From: an uncultured Actinomycetes bacterium
GTDB taxonomy: Bacteria > Actinomycetota > Thermoleophilia > Solirubrobacterales > 70-9
Direction: 5' to 3'
Assembly (NCBI GenBank): GCA_963714045.1
Contig: OY970225.1
Coordinates: 1,775,877-1,839,876, forward strand
DNA length: 64,000 nucleotides
Positions 37,511 to 47,071 of the stretch are shown here, one piece after another; within the stretch, counting starts at the first letter, position 1; every line of letters starts with the position of its first letter. The notes under the pieces were generated by a model that made no database searches, was not told the origin of the DNA, and worked only from the letters and a program-made list of their open reading frames with translations. The translations under genes and the position numbers were made by a program.

Positions 37511-40201
37511 CTACGGCTGTTTGGGTCTTTCGAGGTATCGCTGTGCCTCCGAGTGCTCTGCTCTGTAAGCGCGGAACGCGGCTGAGCGCTCCAGATCGGT
37601 CTCCTCTGAGGATACGACCCCGACGGTCCCAGCGCCGCGATCGGAGGCGCCCGCAACGAGGCCCAGCTCGGCGAGGACGCGGAAGCAGCGGCCGGCGACC
37701 TCGGGCGAGAGCGGGCGGGGACCGGCTCCCGCGAGCGCCTCACGCAGGGCGCCGCCGCCGGCCTCCCCCGCTTCGCGCAGGCGACGGAAGACGGCCGCGA
37801 CGGCGTTTCGCGAGGCGAGCTGCTCGTCGAGGACCGCGAGCGAGAGCTCCCGCTCCACGTCGGTCCAGAGCGGATGCAGGAAACCCGGTGAGGGTTCGAC
37901 CTCGACGGCGGAGCCGGGCTCGGCCCAGCCCCGCCGCGGCCGGGTCGCCAGCTCCTCCGCCCATGAGGACGGCGGCGGATCGACGAGGACGACGTGCTCG
38001 AAGTGCTCGGCGACGCTGCGCGGTCCCCGTTCGAGGGTCGCGTAGTCGATCAGCGCGAGGCCTCCTTCTCCGCGCGCGGAGACGCCGTCCAGAGCCTCCT
38101 CCCCACAGCGTGAGCAGGCGATCCGCCCGGCGCCGCCGTTGAAGCGGGCGAGGCCGGTGGCGCCGCCGGCGAGCGCCGCGCGGCGCGAGGCGTCGGCGCA
38201 GACGGCGAGCACGCCGGCGCCGCTGGAGACCAACTCGGCGATCGCGACGGTGGCCGAGCCGGCACCGCGGACGATCGTGCGGCCGGTGCCACCCGGCTCG
38301 CCAGCCGCGCCTTGGCGATGCCCGGGCCCCGCTTCGAAGCGCCGCCACCACTCGTCTTCCCCGCAACGACAGACGTGAAGCGGGCGGCTCGCCGCGTCGC
38401 TCTCCTCCAGCGGGTAGAGCTCGCGCAGGACGACGCGGGGCTCGACCGAGCCGTTCCAGTGGTTGACCTCAAGCCGCACCGCGGCGTCGACCGGGTCCTC
38501 ATCCTCCACCCCCAGGCTCGACCGGCCGAAGGCGACACCGAGGGCACGGTGGGAGCCGCTGTGGAGGCTGAAGCGGGCGTGCTTGCCCTCCCCCATCGTG
38601 CGCACGTCGCTGACCCGCGCCGAGGGGACCATCAGCCGCACCCCCGGGTTACCCATCCCGAAGGGGGCCAGCCGGCCCAGCTCCTCGGCCAGCTCGAGGC
38701 CGAGGCCGACGCCGCCGACCATCGCGTCGATCCGCTCGGTACGGCGCAGGTCCTCGGGCCCGAGGACCGCGGTCGCGTGGGCGGCGAAGGCCTCGCGAAA
38801 GGCGTCGAGGTCCTCCACCCGCAGCGAGAGCCCGGCGGCGGCACGGTGCCCGCCGAAGCTGACGAGGTGCCCCGAGCAGGCCTCCAGCGCGGCGTGGAGG
38901 TCGAAGCCGGGGATGCTGCGGCCGCTGCCGCGCCCATTCCCCTCGCCGTCGAGGGAGACGACCACGACCGGGCGATGGTGGCGCTCGACCAGCCGCGAGG
39001 CGACGATCCCGATCACGCCGGGGTGCCAGCCCTCGCCGGCCAGCACCAGCCCCGGGGCCTCGCGCAGACCCTCGGGCAGCTCCCGCCGGGCCGCCTCGGC
39101 CGCTGTGTCCACCTCCCGCTCCCTGGCCCGCCGCTCGCCGTTGGCCTTGCTCAGCTCGATAGCGATCTCCTCCGCCCGGGCCTCGTCCTCGGTAAGCATC
39201 AGCTCCACCCCCGCGTCAGCCCGATACAAGCGCCCCGCGGCATTGATCCGCGGCGCCAACCGGAACGCCAGATCGCTCTCGTCCAGCCGCGTCGGCTCAC
39301 ATTTCGCCGCCTCCATCAGCGCCCGCAGACCCGGGCGGCGTCCCCGTCGCATCTCCGCCAGACCGCGCTTGACCAACGCCCGGTTCTCTCCAACCAGCGG
39401 CACCACATCCGCCACCGTCGCCAGCGCCACGAGGTCAAGATTCGGGTGGTCGCCGGGGGAGGCGTCGGGAGTGGGGTCCCCGGACGCGCTATCGCGCTGA
39501 GTGTCCGGGGACCCCACTCCCGACGCCTCTCTCAGCGCGCAGGCCAGCTTCCAGGCAACCGCCGTTCCGCAGAGAGAGGGGAACGGGTAGTCGCTCAGTT
39601 CCGGATGCAGGATGGGACTGTCCGGCAGCTCCTCGCCTGCCTGGTGGTGGTCGGTGACGATGACGCCCATGCCGAGCTCTCGTGCCAGCCGCACCTCCTC
39701 GACCGCAGTGACACCGCAGTCGACCGTGATCAGCAGCGAGGTGCCGCGTTTCGCGAGCTTTTCGATGTTCGAGGGGCTGAGGCCGTAGCCGTCGCCGATG
39801 CGGTCGGGGATCAGCCAATCGCAGTCTGCCCCGAGGCCGCGCAGGGTCGAGACCATGATCGTGGTGGCGCAGACGCCGTCGACGTCGAAGTCGCCGTGGA
39901 CGGTGATCCGCTTACCGGCGTCGATCGCGGCCCGAACCTGCTCGACGACCGCCGTCATCGAGTCGAACGCCGACGGCGGATGAGACTCGTCGGCGGCGAG
40001 GAAGGCCCGCGCCAGCTCCGGGGTCCGGTAGCCGCGCCGGACCAGGGTCACCGCCAGCGGCTCGCTGAGCCCGAGCTCCTCCGCAAGCGCCCGCGCCTCG
40101 GCGTAGTCGTAAGGCTCGGCTTGATACGCGTTGATGGTCTCCGCCACACCATCAACGCTAGGGGTCGCCCCGGCGGGAACCGACCCCTGGCCAAAGCGCA
40201 A
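37511..40201 (-). CDS. recJ: single-stranded-DNA-specific exonuclease RecJ (long form)
   Basis: DFDVDG, VTDHH, and GGHRAAAG in the DHHA1 region. 896 aa from the TTG at 40201; an alternative GTG lies at 40147. Confidence 0.9.
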   Translation of the reverse strand: MRFGQGSVPAGATPSVDGVAETINAYQAEPYDYAEARALAEELGLSEPLAVTLVRRGYRTPELARAFLAADESHPPSAFDSMTAVVEQVRAAIDAGKRITVHGDFDVDGVCATTIMVSTLRGLGADCDWLIPDRIGDGYGLSPSNIEKLAKRGTSLLITVDCGVTAVEEVRLARELGMGVIVTDHHQAGEELPDSPILHPELSDYPFPSLCGTAVAWKLACALREASGVGSPDTQRDSASGDPTPDASPGDHPNLDLVALATVADVVPLVGENRALVKRGLAEMRRGRRPGLRALMEAAKCEPTRLDESDLAFRLAPRINAAGRLYRADAGVELMLTEDEARAEEIAIELSKANGERRAREREVDTAAEAARRELPEGLREAPGLVLAGEGWHPGVIGIVASRLVERHHRPVVVVSLDGEGNGRGSGRSIPGFDLHAALEACSGHLVSFGGHRAAAGLSLRVEDLDAFREAFAAHATAVLGPEDLRRTERIDAMVGGVGLGLELAEELGRLAPFGMGNPGVRLMVPSARVSDVRTMGEGKHARFSLHSGSHRALGVAFGRSSLGVEDEDPVDAAVRLEVNHWNGSVEPRVVLRELYPLEESDAASRPLHVCRCGEDEWWRRFEAGPGHRQGAAGEPGGTGRTIVRGAGSATVAIAELVSSGAGVLAVCADASRRAALAGGATGLARFNGGAGRIACSRCGEEALDGVSARGEGGLALIDYATLERGPRSVAEHFEHVVLVDPPPSSWAEELATRPRRGWAEPGSAVEVEPSPGFLHPLWTDVERELSLAVLDEQLASRNAVAAVFRRLREAGEAGGGALREALAGAGPRPLSPEVAGRCFRVLAELGLVAGASDRGAGTVGVVSSEETDLERSAAFRAYRAEHSEAQRYLERPKQP
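39459..39529. repeat. palindromic element of the same family, located inside the recJ reading frame
   Basis: GAGGCGTCGGGAGTGGGGTCCCCGGAC (39459-39485) is the exact reverse complement of 39503-39529. 17-nt spacer. On the minus strand it reads ...CCCCGGACACTCAGC..., sharing its core with copies 1 and 2. Confidence 0.85.
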
Positions 40202-40211
40202 AATGCGGCCG

Positions 40212-40478
40212 CTAAGTCTCCGCTCGTTCCGCTCTGACGCCGAGGGCGTAGATCACGCCGAGGCCGATCGCGACGCCGGGGACCGCGGTCAGCGCCGTCA
40301 CCAGGTCGGTGTCGCCGAGGCTTTTGCCGCTGATCGTCTCGACGACCAGGCCGAAGACGATCGCGCCCAGCACCGCGCCGACGAAGGCGCCGACGATCCC
40401 CTGCCAGAAGCGGTCGGGCAGGAAGACGGTGAAGTGCCAGAGGGCGATCCCCATCGTGAACCAGACGAGCAGAGCCAT
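40212..40478 (-). CDS. GlsB/YeaQ/YmgE-family small membrane stress protein
   Basis: 88 aa, MALLVWFTMGIALWHFTVFLPDRFWQGIVGAFVGAVLGAIVFG.... GGAGGTGGG SD upstream of the ATG at 40478. The upstream part of the 175 aa ORF overlaps secDF out of frame. Confidence 0.75.
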   Translation of the reverse strand: MALLVWFTMGIALWHFTVFLPDRFWQGIVGAFVGAVLGAIVFGLVVETISGKSLGDTDLVTALTAVPGVAIGLGVIYALGVRAERAET

Positions 40479-40494
40479 CAGTCGCCCACCTCCA

Positions 40495-43419
40495 TCAGCG
40501 CTTCCTTCCGTGCTTGCGGCGCTGCTGGCGGCGCGCCTTGCGCTCGGCGTTGCGCCGGCGCCGCTCGGCCGATGCCGTGTCGGCCTCTTCGCCGGCGACG
40601 GGGTCGGCGCCGTTGCCGTCCGCAGTCCGCTCCGCCGTGGCGACGGCGCTGCCCTGCGGCTCGGCGGCGGCCTGCTCCGCCTCGTCAGCGATCGCCGCTT
40701 CGCTCTCCTCGTCGGCGACGAGCTCGGCCGTCGCGACATCGTCGGCGAAGGCCGGAACGCTCCCCTCCACCTCGGCGATCCGCAGGCGGCGCCGGACGAA
40801 GCCCGGCTCGCGTTCCTTCCACGCGGTCAGGACCGGCGAGGCGATGAAGATCGAGGAGTAGGTGCCGGAGGCGATGCCGACCAGCATCGCGAAGGCGAAG
40901 TCCTGCAGGGTCGCGCCGCCGAAGACAAGCAGCGAGGTGACCGCCAGCAGGGTCGAGAAGCTGGTCGCCAGCGACCGCGTCAGCACCTCGCTCATCGAGC
41001 GGTTGACGATCTGGGAGAACGCCGCCCGCGGCATCCGCGGCACGTTCTCGCGTATTCGGTCGAAGACGATGATCGTGTCGTAGATCGAGTAGCCCAGGAT
41101 GGTGAGGAAGGCGGCGACGGTGCCGCTGCTCACCTCTTTCCCCGTCAGCGAGTAGACGCCGGCCGTGATCAGGATGTCGTGGAAGATCGCGATCAGCACC
41201 GGCACCGCGAACTTCGGGTCGAAGCGCAGCGCCACGTAGCCGCAGATCACCAGCAGCGAGAAGATCAGCGCCTTGAGGGCGCTGTCGGCGACCTGCTGGC
41301 CGAAGGTCGGGCCGACGCTGGTGCTGTCGAAGCCGTTCTTGACGATCCCGAATTCGGAGGCGAGCGCCTGCTCGGCGCCCCTCACCTCGCCCGGGCGCAG
41401 CTGGTGGGACTGGATCTGGAAGACGTTCTTGCCGAAGTTGGGGTCGGTCACCTGCTGGATCTCCTCGCCGCTGACGCCGACGCCGTCGAGGGCTTCCCGC
41501 ACGCCTTCCTCGTCGGTCGGCTTTTCCAGCGCGACCGTGATCCGCGTCCCGGACTCGAAGTCGATGCCGAAGTTGAGCTGCTTGGTCGCCAGCGCCAGGG
41601 CGCCGACCAGGAGGATCAGCCCGGACAGCGTGAAGAACCAGCGACTCGCCCCCATGAAGTCGAAGTGCCAGCGCCTGCCGGTGCCGGAGGCCCCGAGCGC
41701 GGCCGGCGAGCGCAGCAGGCGCGAGCGGCTCATGCTGCCCAGCAGCGCCTGGGTGAAGACGACCGCCGTCAGCAGCGAGACGATGGTGCCGATGCCGAGG
41801 GTGAAGGCGAAGCCCTTGACCCCGGCGGTGGCGAGGACGAAGAGGATGAAGGCAGTGAGCAGGGTGACGACGTTGGCGTCGATGATCGTCGCGATCCCGC
41901 GTTTGTAACCGGCGGCGATCGCGCTCGACATCGTCCGCCCGGCCCTCACCTCCTCCTTGATCCGCTCGAAGATGACGATGTTGGAGTCGGCGGCGACCCC
42001 GATCGTCAGCACCAGCCCCGCGATCCCCGGCAGGGTCAGGGTGATCGGGATCAGTTTGATCAGGGCGAAGAAGATCACCCCGTAGGCGCCGAGGGCGATC
42101 GAGGCGATCAGGCCGAGGAAGCGGTAGTAGAGGAGCAGGAAGAGGACGACCAGCGCCAGGCCGATGATCCCGGCCTTGACGCCTTCGTGCAGCGCCTGAC
42201 TGCCGAGCGTCGCCGAGACCTGGGTCTCGCTGATCAGCTTCAGATTGATCGGCAGGGCGCCGATCTGCAGCGTCGTCGCCAGTTCCTGGGCCTCCTGGCG
42301 ACTGTTGAAGCCGCCGGAGATCTGGGCGCCTTCGCGGCCGTCGATCCCGTCCGGGTTTTCGGCGAAGTTGACGATCGGGCGGGTCTGGACTTCGTTGTCG
42401 AGGATCACGGCGAAGTGCCCGGAGAGGGCCCCCGCCTGTTCGCCGGCGACCGGGCCGATCGCCCGCGCCTGGCCGCGCTGGGCGATCTGGCGGGTGACTT
42501 CGTGGAAGGCGTCGCGACCGCTGCCGGTGAAGCCGAAGGTGACGTTGGGCTCGCCGAACTGGCCTTCACCCTGCTTCGGTTCGGTGATGTCGGTACCCGA
42601 GAGCGCCGGGTTGTCCTTGATCGCGAACCAGCCGGGCTGGGCGGTTTCGTCGACCCGGCCCGAGGAGTCCGACGGCAGTTCGGAGACCAGGATCGTGCCG
42701 GCGGGGACCTCGACCACGATCCCGTCCTTGGGCCGCTTTTCGCCGGTCGGACTGATGTAGAGGTCCTTCCGCTTCAGCTCCGGCCCGGCCAGCAGCTTGT
42801 GCGGCTCTTCCTTCTCGAAGAGGTAGTAGCGGGGCTTGGCGACCGAGCAGCTTTCGCAGTCTTCGACCGGTTCCTGTTCGGCGGCCAGCAGCGCCGCCTG
42901 GTAGGCGCTCGGGTAGGCGCCGGCGTAGATCAGCTGTTTGTTCTCGGCGCTCTTGACGTTGCGCCCCGCTTCTTCCCAGCGCTTTTCGGACTGCTTCAGC
43001 GGGCCTTTCGGCGGCTGTTGGCCCGGCTGGCCGCCGATCGCCTTCTCGGGGCCGATCAGGTTCGGCTCCCAGTCGTAGAAGTAGAGCTGCGCGGTGCTGC
43101 CAACCTGTTCGGCGGCCCGGTTAGCGTCGGTGATGCCGGGCAGGCTGACGGTGATCTCGTCGGTGCCGAGGCGGGCGATTTCCGACTCGGAGACGCCGAG
43201 CTCGTTGGTCCGCTTTTCGATGATCCCGATCGAGTCTTCGATGTCTTCGCCGCTGACCGAGGTCGCCGTCCCGGTCGGCTGGCCCTGGTAAACGAGCTCC
43301 AGCCCCCCCTGCAGGTCGAGGCCGAGCTTGGTCGGCTTCTTGGCGATGACCAGCGCCGAGACCAGCACCAGGCCCAGCACGAAGAGCAGGACGAAGAGGT
43401 AGCGGCGCCGGTTGCCCAT
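40495..43419 (-). CDS. secDF: fused protein translocase subunit SecDF
   Basis: 974 aa from the ATG at 43419 (MGNRRRYLFVLLFVLGLVLV...). A SecD periplasmic domain plus 6 TM is followed by a SecF 6 TM block, then an acidic-then-basic tail of about 100 aa. Confidence 0.92.
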   Translation of the reverse strand: MGNRRRYLFVLLFVLGLVLVSALVIAKKPTKLGLDLQGGLELVYQGQPTGTATSVSGEDIEDSIGIIEKRTNELGVSESEIARLGTDEITVSLPGITDANRAAEQVGSTAQLYFYDWEPNLIGPEKAIGGQPGQQPPKGPLKQSEKRWEEAGRNVKSAENKQLIYAGAYPSAYQAALLAAEQEPVEDCESCSVAKPRYYLFEKEEPHKLLAGPELKRKDLYISPTGEKRPKDGIVVEVPAGTILVSELPSDSSGRVDETAQPGWFAIKDNPALSGTDITEPKQGEGQFGEPNVTFGFTGSGRDAFHEVTRQIAQRGQARAIGPVAGEQAGALSGHFAVILDNEVQTRPIVNFAENPDGIDGREGAQISGGFNSRQEAQELATTLQIGALPINLKLISETQVSATLGSQALHEGVKAGIIGLALVVLFLLLYYRFLGLIASIALGAYGVIFFALIKLIPITLTLPGIAGLVLTIGVAADSNIVIFERIKEEVRAGRTMSSAIAAGYKRGIATIIDANVVTLLTAFILFVLATAGVKGFAFTLGIGTIVSLLTAVVFTQALLGSMSRSRLLRSPAALGASGTGRRWHFDFMGASRWFFTLSGLILLVGALALATKQLNFGIDFESGTRITVALEKPTDEEGVREALDGVGVSGEEIQQVTDPNFGKNVFQIQSHQLRPGEVRGAEQALASEFGIVKNGFDSTSVGPTFGQQVADSALKALIFSLLVICGYVALRFDPKFAVPVLIAIFHDILITAGVYSLTGKEVSSGTVAAFLTILGYSIYDTIIVFDRIRENVPRMPRAAFSQIVNRSMSEVLTRSLATSFSTLLAVTSLLVFGGATLQDFAFAMLVGIASGTYSSIFIASPVLTAWKEREPGFVRRRLRIAEVEGSVPAFADDVATAELVADEESEAAIADEAEQAAAEPQGSAVATAERTADGNGADPVAGEEADTASAERRRRNAERKARRQQRRKHGRKR

Positions 43420-43424
43420 CTCCC

Positions 43425-43913
43425 CTAGCCCTCCGGGGTGAGCACGAGCAGCAGCCCGCCGTCGTCGTCGTAGGCGGGGAAGACGTCGGCGACCGCCTGT
43501 GCCGGCAGGTCGCCCTCGGCGTTGACGGAGACCCGCTTGCCGAGCGAGCGCACGCCCCACTCCAGCGAGGTCTCGATCGGGTCGGTGACGCCGTCGCCGT
43601 TGGTGTCGGAAGCCGCGTCGCCGTCGCCCCGGTCGATCCAGTCGAGTCCGAGGACTTCAGCCACGGGGCGGCCGATCACGTCCTCGTCGGTGAGGCCGGT
43701 CAGCTCGAAGCTGCCTTTGCCGGCGTCGATCACCCGCTGCTTGCGGTCGCAGACGAAAAAGGCGGCGTTCGGGGCCGGGTAGTAGTCGTCGAGCAGTTCG
43801 AAGACGAAGCCGAAGCCGCATTTGGAGCAGCCCTTCGGGCGCGAGCTGAAGCCGGCGGTTCGCTCGCCGCTCACCTCCCGGTGCCCGCAGTTCGGACAGA
43901 TGAAGAACGGCAT
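43425..43913 (-). CDS. hypothetical zinc-ribbon plus PAS-like small protein
   Basis: 162 aa from the ATG at 43913. MPFFICPNCG...CSKCG (CxxC...CxxC), then FFVCDRKQRVIDAGKGSFELTGLTDEDVIGRPVAEVLGL, which is PAS-like. Confidence 0.55.
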   Translation of the reverse strand: MPFFICPNCGHREVSGERTAGFSSRPKGCSKCGFGFVFELLDDYYPAPNAAFFVCDRKQRVIDAGKGSFELTGLTDEDVIGRPVAEVLGLDWIDRGDGDAASDTNGDGVTDPIETSLEWGVRSLGKRVSVNAEGDLPAQAVADVFPAYDDDGGLLLVLTPEG

Positions 43914-43938
43914 CCCGCGACAGGCTACAAGCGCGCGG

Positions 43939-45030
43939 CTAGAAGAGGCTGGCCGCGTCCTCGGGCGCCGCCAGGCCGAGATGGTCGTAGGCCCGCTGGG
44001 TGAGGACGCGACCGCGCGGGGTGCGCTTGAGCAGGCCCTGCTGGAGCAGGTAGGGCTCAAGCACGTCCTCGATCGTGTCCTGCTCCTCGCCGATCGCGAT
44101 CGCCAGGGTCGAGAGGCCGACCGGGCCGCCGCCGAACTTGGTCGCGACGGTGTCGAGCAGGGCGCGGTCGGAGCGGTCGAGGCCGCCGGCATCGACCTCG
44201 AGCATCTCCAGCGCCCCGGTCGCGACCCCGGCGCCGATCGCGCCGCTGCCCTTGACCTGGGCGAAGTCGCGCACCCGCTTCAGTAGCCGGTTGGCGACGC
44301 GCGGGGTGCCGCGCGAGCGCGAGGCGATCGTCCGCGCCCCCTCGGCGTCGATCACGACCTCGAGGATGCGGGCGGAGCGCTCGACGATCGTCGCCAGGTG
44401 CTCGGGGCTGTAGTGCTCGAGGCGGTGGGAGACGCCGAAGCGGTCGCGCAGCGGCGTCGTCAGCAGGCCGGCGCGGGTGGTGGCGCCGACCAGGGTGAAG
44501 GGCGGCAGCGGCAGCGTGACGGTGCGGGCGCCGGCGCCCTGGCCGAGCACGACCGGCAGCTCGCCGTCCTCCATCGCCGGGTAGAGGGTCTCCTCGACGG
44601 CGCGGCCGAGGCGGTGGATCTCGTCGATGAAGAAGACGCTGCCGGGCTCCAGCGAGGTGAGGAAGGAGGCGACGTCGGCCTTGCGCTCCAACGCCGGGCC
44701 GGCGGTCTGGACCATCGGCACCCCCATCTCGGCGGCGACGATGTGGGCGAGCGAGGTCTTGCCGAGGCCGGGCGGGCCGGCGAGGAGGACGTGGTCGAGC
44801 GGCTCGCCGCGGCCGCGGGCGGCCTCGATGAAGATCGACAGCTGCTCGGTCACCTGGGCCTGGTTGACGAAGTCGGCCAGCGTCGGTGGCCGCAGCGAGC
44901 GGTCGAGATCCTCGTCGGGGACGTCGGCGCGGGCGTCATGCACGCGAACCTCGGCGTCGACCGGGATCGGCTCGGCGTCGATCCCCGGCGTGCGGATGCG
45001 ATTCGCCCCGATGTCCGGCACGTCGCTCAT
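43939..45030 (-). CDS. ruvB: Holliday junction branch migration helicase RuvB
   Basis: [11 protein letters not shown] Walker A and FIDEIHRL. 363 aa. Confidence 0.96.
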   Translation of the reverse strand: MSDVPDIGANRIRTPGIDAEPIPVDAEVRVHDARADVPDEDLDRSLRPPTLADFVNQAQVTEQLSIFIEAARGRGEPLDHVLLAGPPGLGKTSLAHIVAAEMGVPMVQTAGPALERKADVASFLTSLEPGSVFFIDEIHRLGRAVEETLYPAMEDGELPVVLGQGAGARTVTLPLPPFTLVGATTRAGLLTTPLRDRFGVSHRLEHYSPEHLATIVERSARILEVVIDAEGARTIASRSRGTPRVANRLLKRVRDFAQVKGSGAIGAGVATGALEMLEVDAGGLDRSDRALLDTVATKFGGGPVGLSTLAIAIGEEQDTIEDVLEPYLLQQGLLKRTPRGRVLTQRAYDHLGLAAPEDAASLF

Positions 45031-45626
45031 GCGGCCCTGCTCTTCGAGGTCCCGGCCTTGCGCAGCGCCGCGGCGACCAGCTCCTGCGGGTCGTCGCCGT
45101 CGATGCCGTCGAGCAGCTGCTCGGCCTCCAGCGGGGCGTAGCCGAGATTGACGAGGCCGTCGCGGGCGAGCGAGCGGGCGTCGCCACTCTCCGCCACCGC
45201 CAGCGCCACCTCCTCCTCGAGCGCCCCGGCGACCTTCTCGCGCAGCTCGACGATGATCCGCTCCGAGGTCCGCTTGCCGATCCCCGGCACCGCCTGGAAG
45301 CGTTTGGCGTCGCCGGCCGCGATCGCCCGCAGGAGGTCGCGGGCGCTGCCGCCGGAGAGCGCCGCGATCGCGACTTTGGGGCCGATGCCGCTGACCGATA
45401 TCAGCTGGCGGAAGAGGTCTCGCTCCTCCTCGGAGGAGAAGCCGTAGAGCGCGAGCGAGTCGTCGCGGGAGATCAGCTCGGCGTGCAGGAAAGCTTCGCT
45501 GCCGCTCGCCGGCACCGCCTTCAGCGTCTCCGCCGAGACCGCCAGCCGGTAGCCGACGCCGGCGGCGTCGATGACGACGTGGTCGGCCCGCCGCACCATC
45601 ACCTCGCCCCGCACCGCGGCGATCAT
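45027..45626 (-). CDS. ruvA: Holliday junction DNA-binding protein RuvA
   Basis: MIAAVRGEV...GVGYRL...ISVSGIGPK HhH motifs. Confidence 0.93.
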   Translation of the reverse strand: MIAAVRGEVMVRRADHVVIDAAGVGYRLAVSAETLKAVPASGSEAFLHAELISRDDSLALYGFSSEEERDLFRQLISVSGIGPKVAIAALSGGSARDLLRAIAAGDAKRFQAVPGIGKRTSERIIVELREKVAGALEEEVALAVAESGDARSLARDGLVNLGYAPLEAEQLLDGIDGDDPQELVAAALRKAGTSKSRAA

Positions 45627-46162
45627 CCGGCGATCCGTTCCGGCGCGGTGGCGGCCGCGGGTGCCTCAGCGGCGCTGACCGCCTGGCGGTGCCCGGCGCT
45701 GCCGCCGTGGCAGATCGCCACCGCGAGGGCGTCGGCGGCGTGGTCGGGGCTCGGCGCCTCGGGCAGTCCCAGCAGGGTCCCGACCATCCGCTGCACCTGG
45801 CGCTTGCCGGCGGCGCCGGAGCCGCAGACGGCCATCTTGATCGCCTGCGGCGTGTAGGCGAAGCAGGCGATGCCGCGCTGGGCGGCGGCCAGCATCGCGA
45901 CCCCGCTGGCCTGGCCGACGACCGTCGCCGAGTGCACGTTCTTGCCGAAGTAGACGGACTCGATCGCCATCGCCCGCGGCTCGTGCCAGGCGATCAGCTC
46001 GGCCAGAGCCCGGTGTATCCGCTCCAACCGCCGCTCGATCGGCAGCTCAGGCGTGGTCTCCACCACACCCCCATCGAGGGCAACCATATGACTGCCCTCC
46101 ACCCGCACAATCCCAAAACCAAGATTCGCGGCACCCGGATCTATCCCCATCACCACTTGCAT
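45623..46162 (-). CDS. ruvC: crossover junction endodeoxyribonuclease RuvC
   Basis: GIDPG...AIESVYF...[12 protein letters not shown]. An alternative start lies at 46150. Confidence 0.92.
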   Translation of the reverse strand: MQVVMGIDPGAANLGFGIVRVEGSHMVALDGGVVETTPELPIERRLERIHRALAELIAWHEPRAMAIESVYFGKNVHSATVVGQASGVAMLAAAQRGIACFAYTPQAIKMAVCGSGAAGKRQVQRMVGTLLGLPEAPSPDHAADALAVAICHGGSAGHRQAVSAAEAPAAATAPERIAG

Positions 46163-46207
46163 CAGTAGTGATTCTCTGACTCACGTCGGATGCCTTCCCG
46201 CATCGAC

Positions 46208-46289
46208 GGAGGGGTCGGGAGGCCCTCTCCGGACACTCAACATCGAGCCATCGGCGAGATGTGTCCGGAGAGGGCCTCCCGACCCCTCC
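46208..46289. repeat. palindromic element, CCGGACACTCA-core family, copy 2
   Basis: GGAGGGGTCGGGAGGCCCTCTCCGGACAC (46208-46236) is the exact reverse complement of 46261-46289. 24-nt spacer TCAACATCGAGCCATCGGCGAGAT. Lies between the yebC stop and the ruvC start. Confidence 0.88.
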
Positions 46290-46294
46290 CATCG

Positions 46295-47044
46295 CTACGC
46301 CGCCAGCTTCTCCAAGACGTCCTCGGGAATGTCGAAATTGGCGAAGACTTCATCGACGTCATCCTGCTCGTCGAGCGCGTCGAGCAGCTTCAGCAACCGC
46401 TCGGCCTCGCCGCCCTTGAGCTCGACCGAGCTCTTCGGCTCGGTGACGAGGCCCGCCGACTCGACCTCCACCCCGCCGGCCTCGAGCGCCTCGCGCACGG
46501 CGCTGAGGTCGCCCGGGTCGCAGAGCACCCGCAGCTGCCCGCCGTCGTCGCGGACGTCCTCGGCGCCGGCGTCGATGGCGACGATCAGGTCGTCCTCGCC
46601 GTAGCGGCCGCCGTCGACGACAATCGCCCCCTTTTTCTCGAAGATCCAGGCGACCGAGCCCGGCTCGCCGAGGCTGCCGCCGTGGCTGGAGAAGGCGAAG
46701 CGGATCTCGGCGCCGGCGCGGTTGCGGTTGTCGGTCAGGGCCTCGACCAGGATCGCCACGCCCCCGGGCCCGTAGCCCTCGTAGAGGATCCGTTCGATCG
46801 CGGCGCCGTCGCTGCCGGCCCCGGTGCCGGTGTCGATCGCCTTCTGGATCTTGTCCTTGGGCATCGAGGCGTCGCGGGCCTTCTGCACCGCGGTCGCCAG
46901 CGTCGGGTTGTGGTCGGGGTCCCCCCCGCCGTCGCGCGCCGCGACCGTGATCGCCCGCGCCAGCTTGCTGAAGAGCTTGCCGCGTTTGGCGTCGGCGGCG
47001 CCCTTCTTGTGTTTGATCGAGGACCACTTGGAATGACCCGACAT
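46295..47044 (-). CDS. yebC: YebC/PmpR-family DNA-binding transcriptional regulator
   Basis: MSGHSKWSSIKHKKGAADAKRGKLFSKL... Confidence 0.93.
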   Translation of the reverse strand: MSGHSKWSSIKHKKGAADAKRGKLFSKLARAITVAARDGGGDPDHNPTLATAVQKARDASMPKDKIQKAIDTGTGAGSDGAAIERILYEGYGPGGVAILVEALTDNRNRAGAEIRFAFSSHGGSLGEPGSVAWIFEKKGAIVVDGGRYGEDDLIVAIDAGAEDVRDDGGQLRVLCDPGDLSAVREALEAGGVEVESAGLVTEPKSSVELKGGEAERLLKLLDALDEQDDVDEVFANFDIPEDVLEKLAA

Positions 47045-47071
47045 GTGCCTGTCATTCTATGGAGAGAGGGG

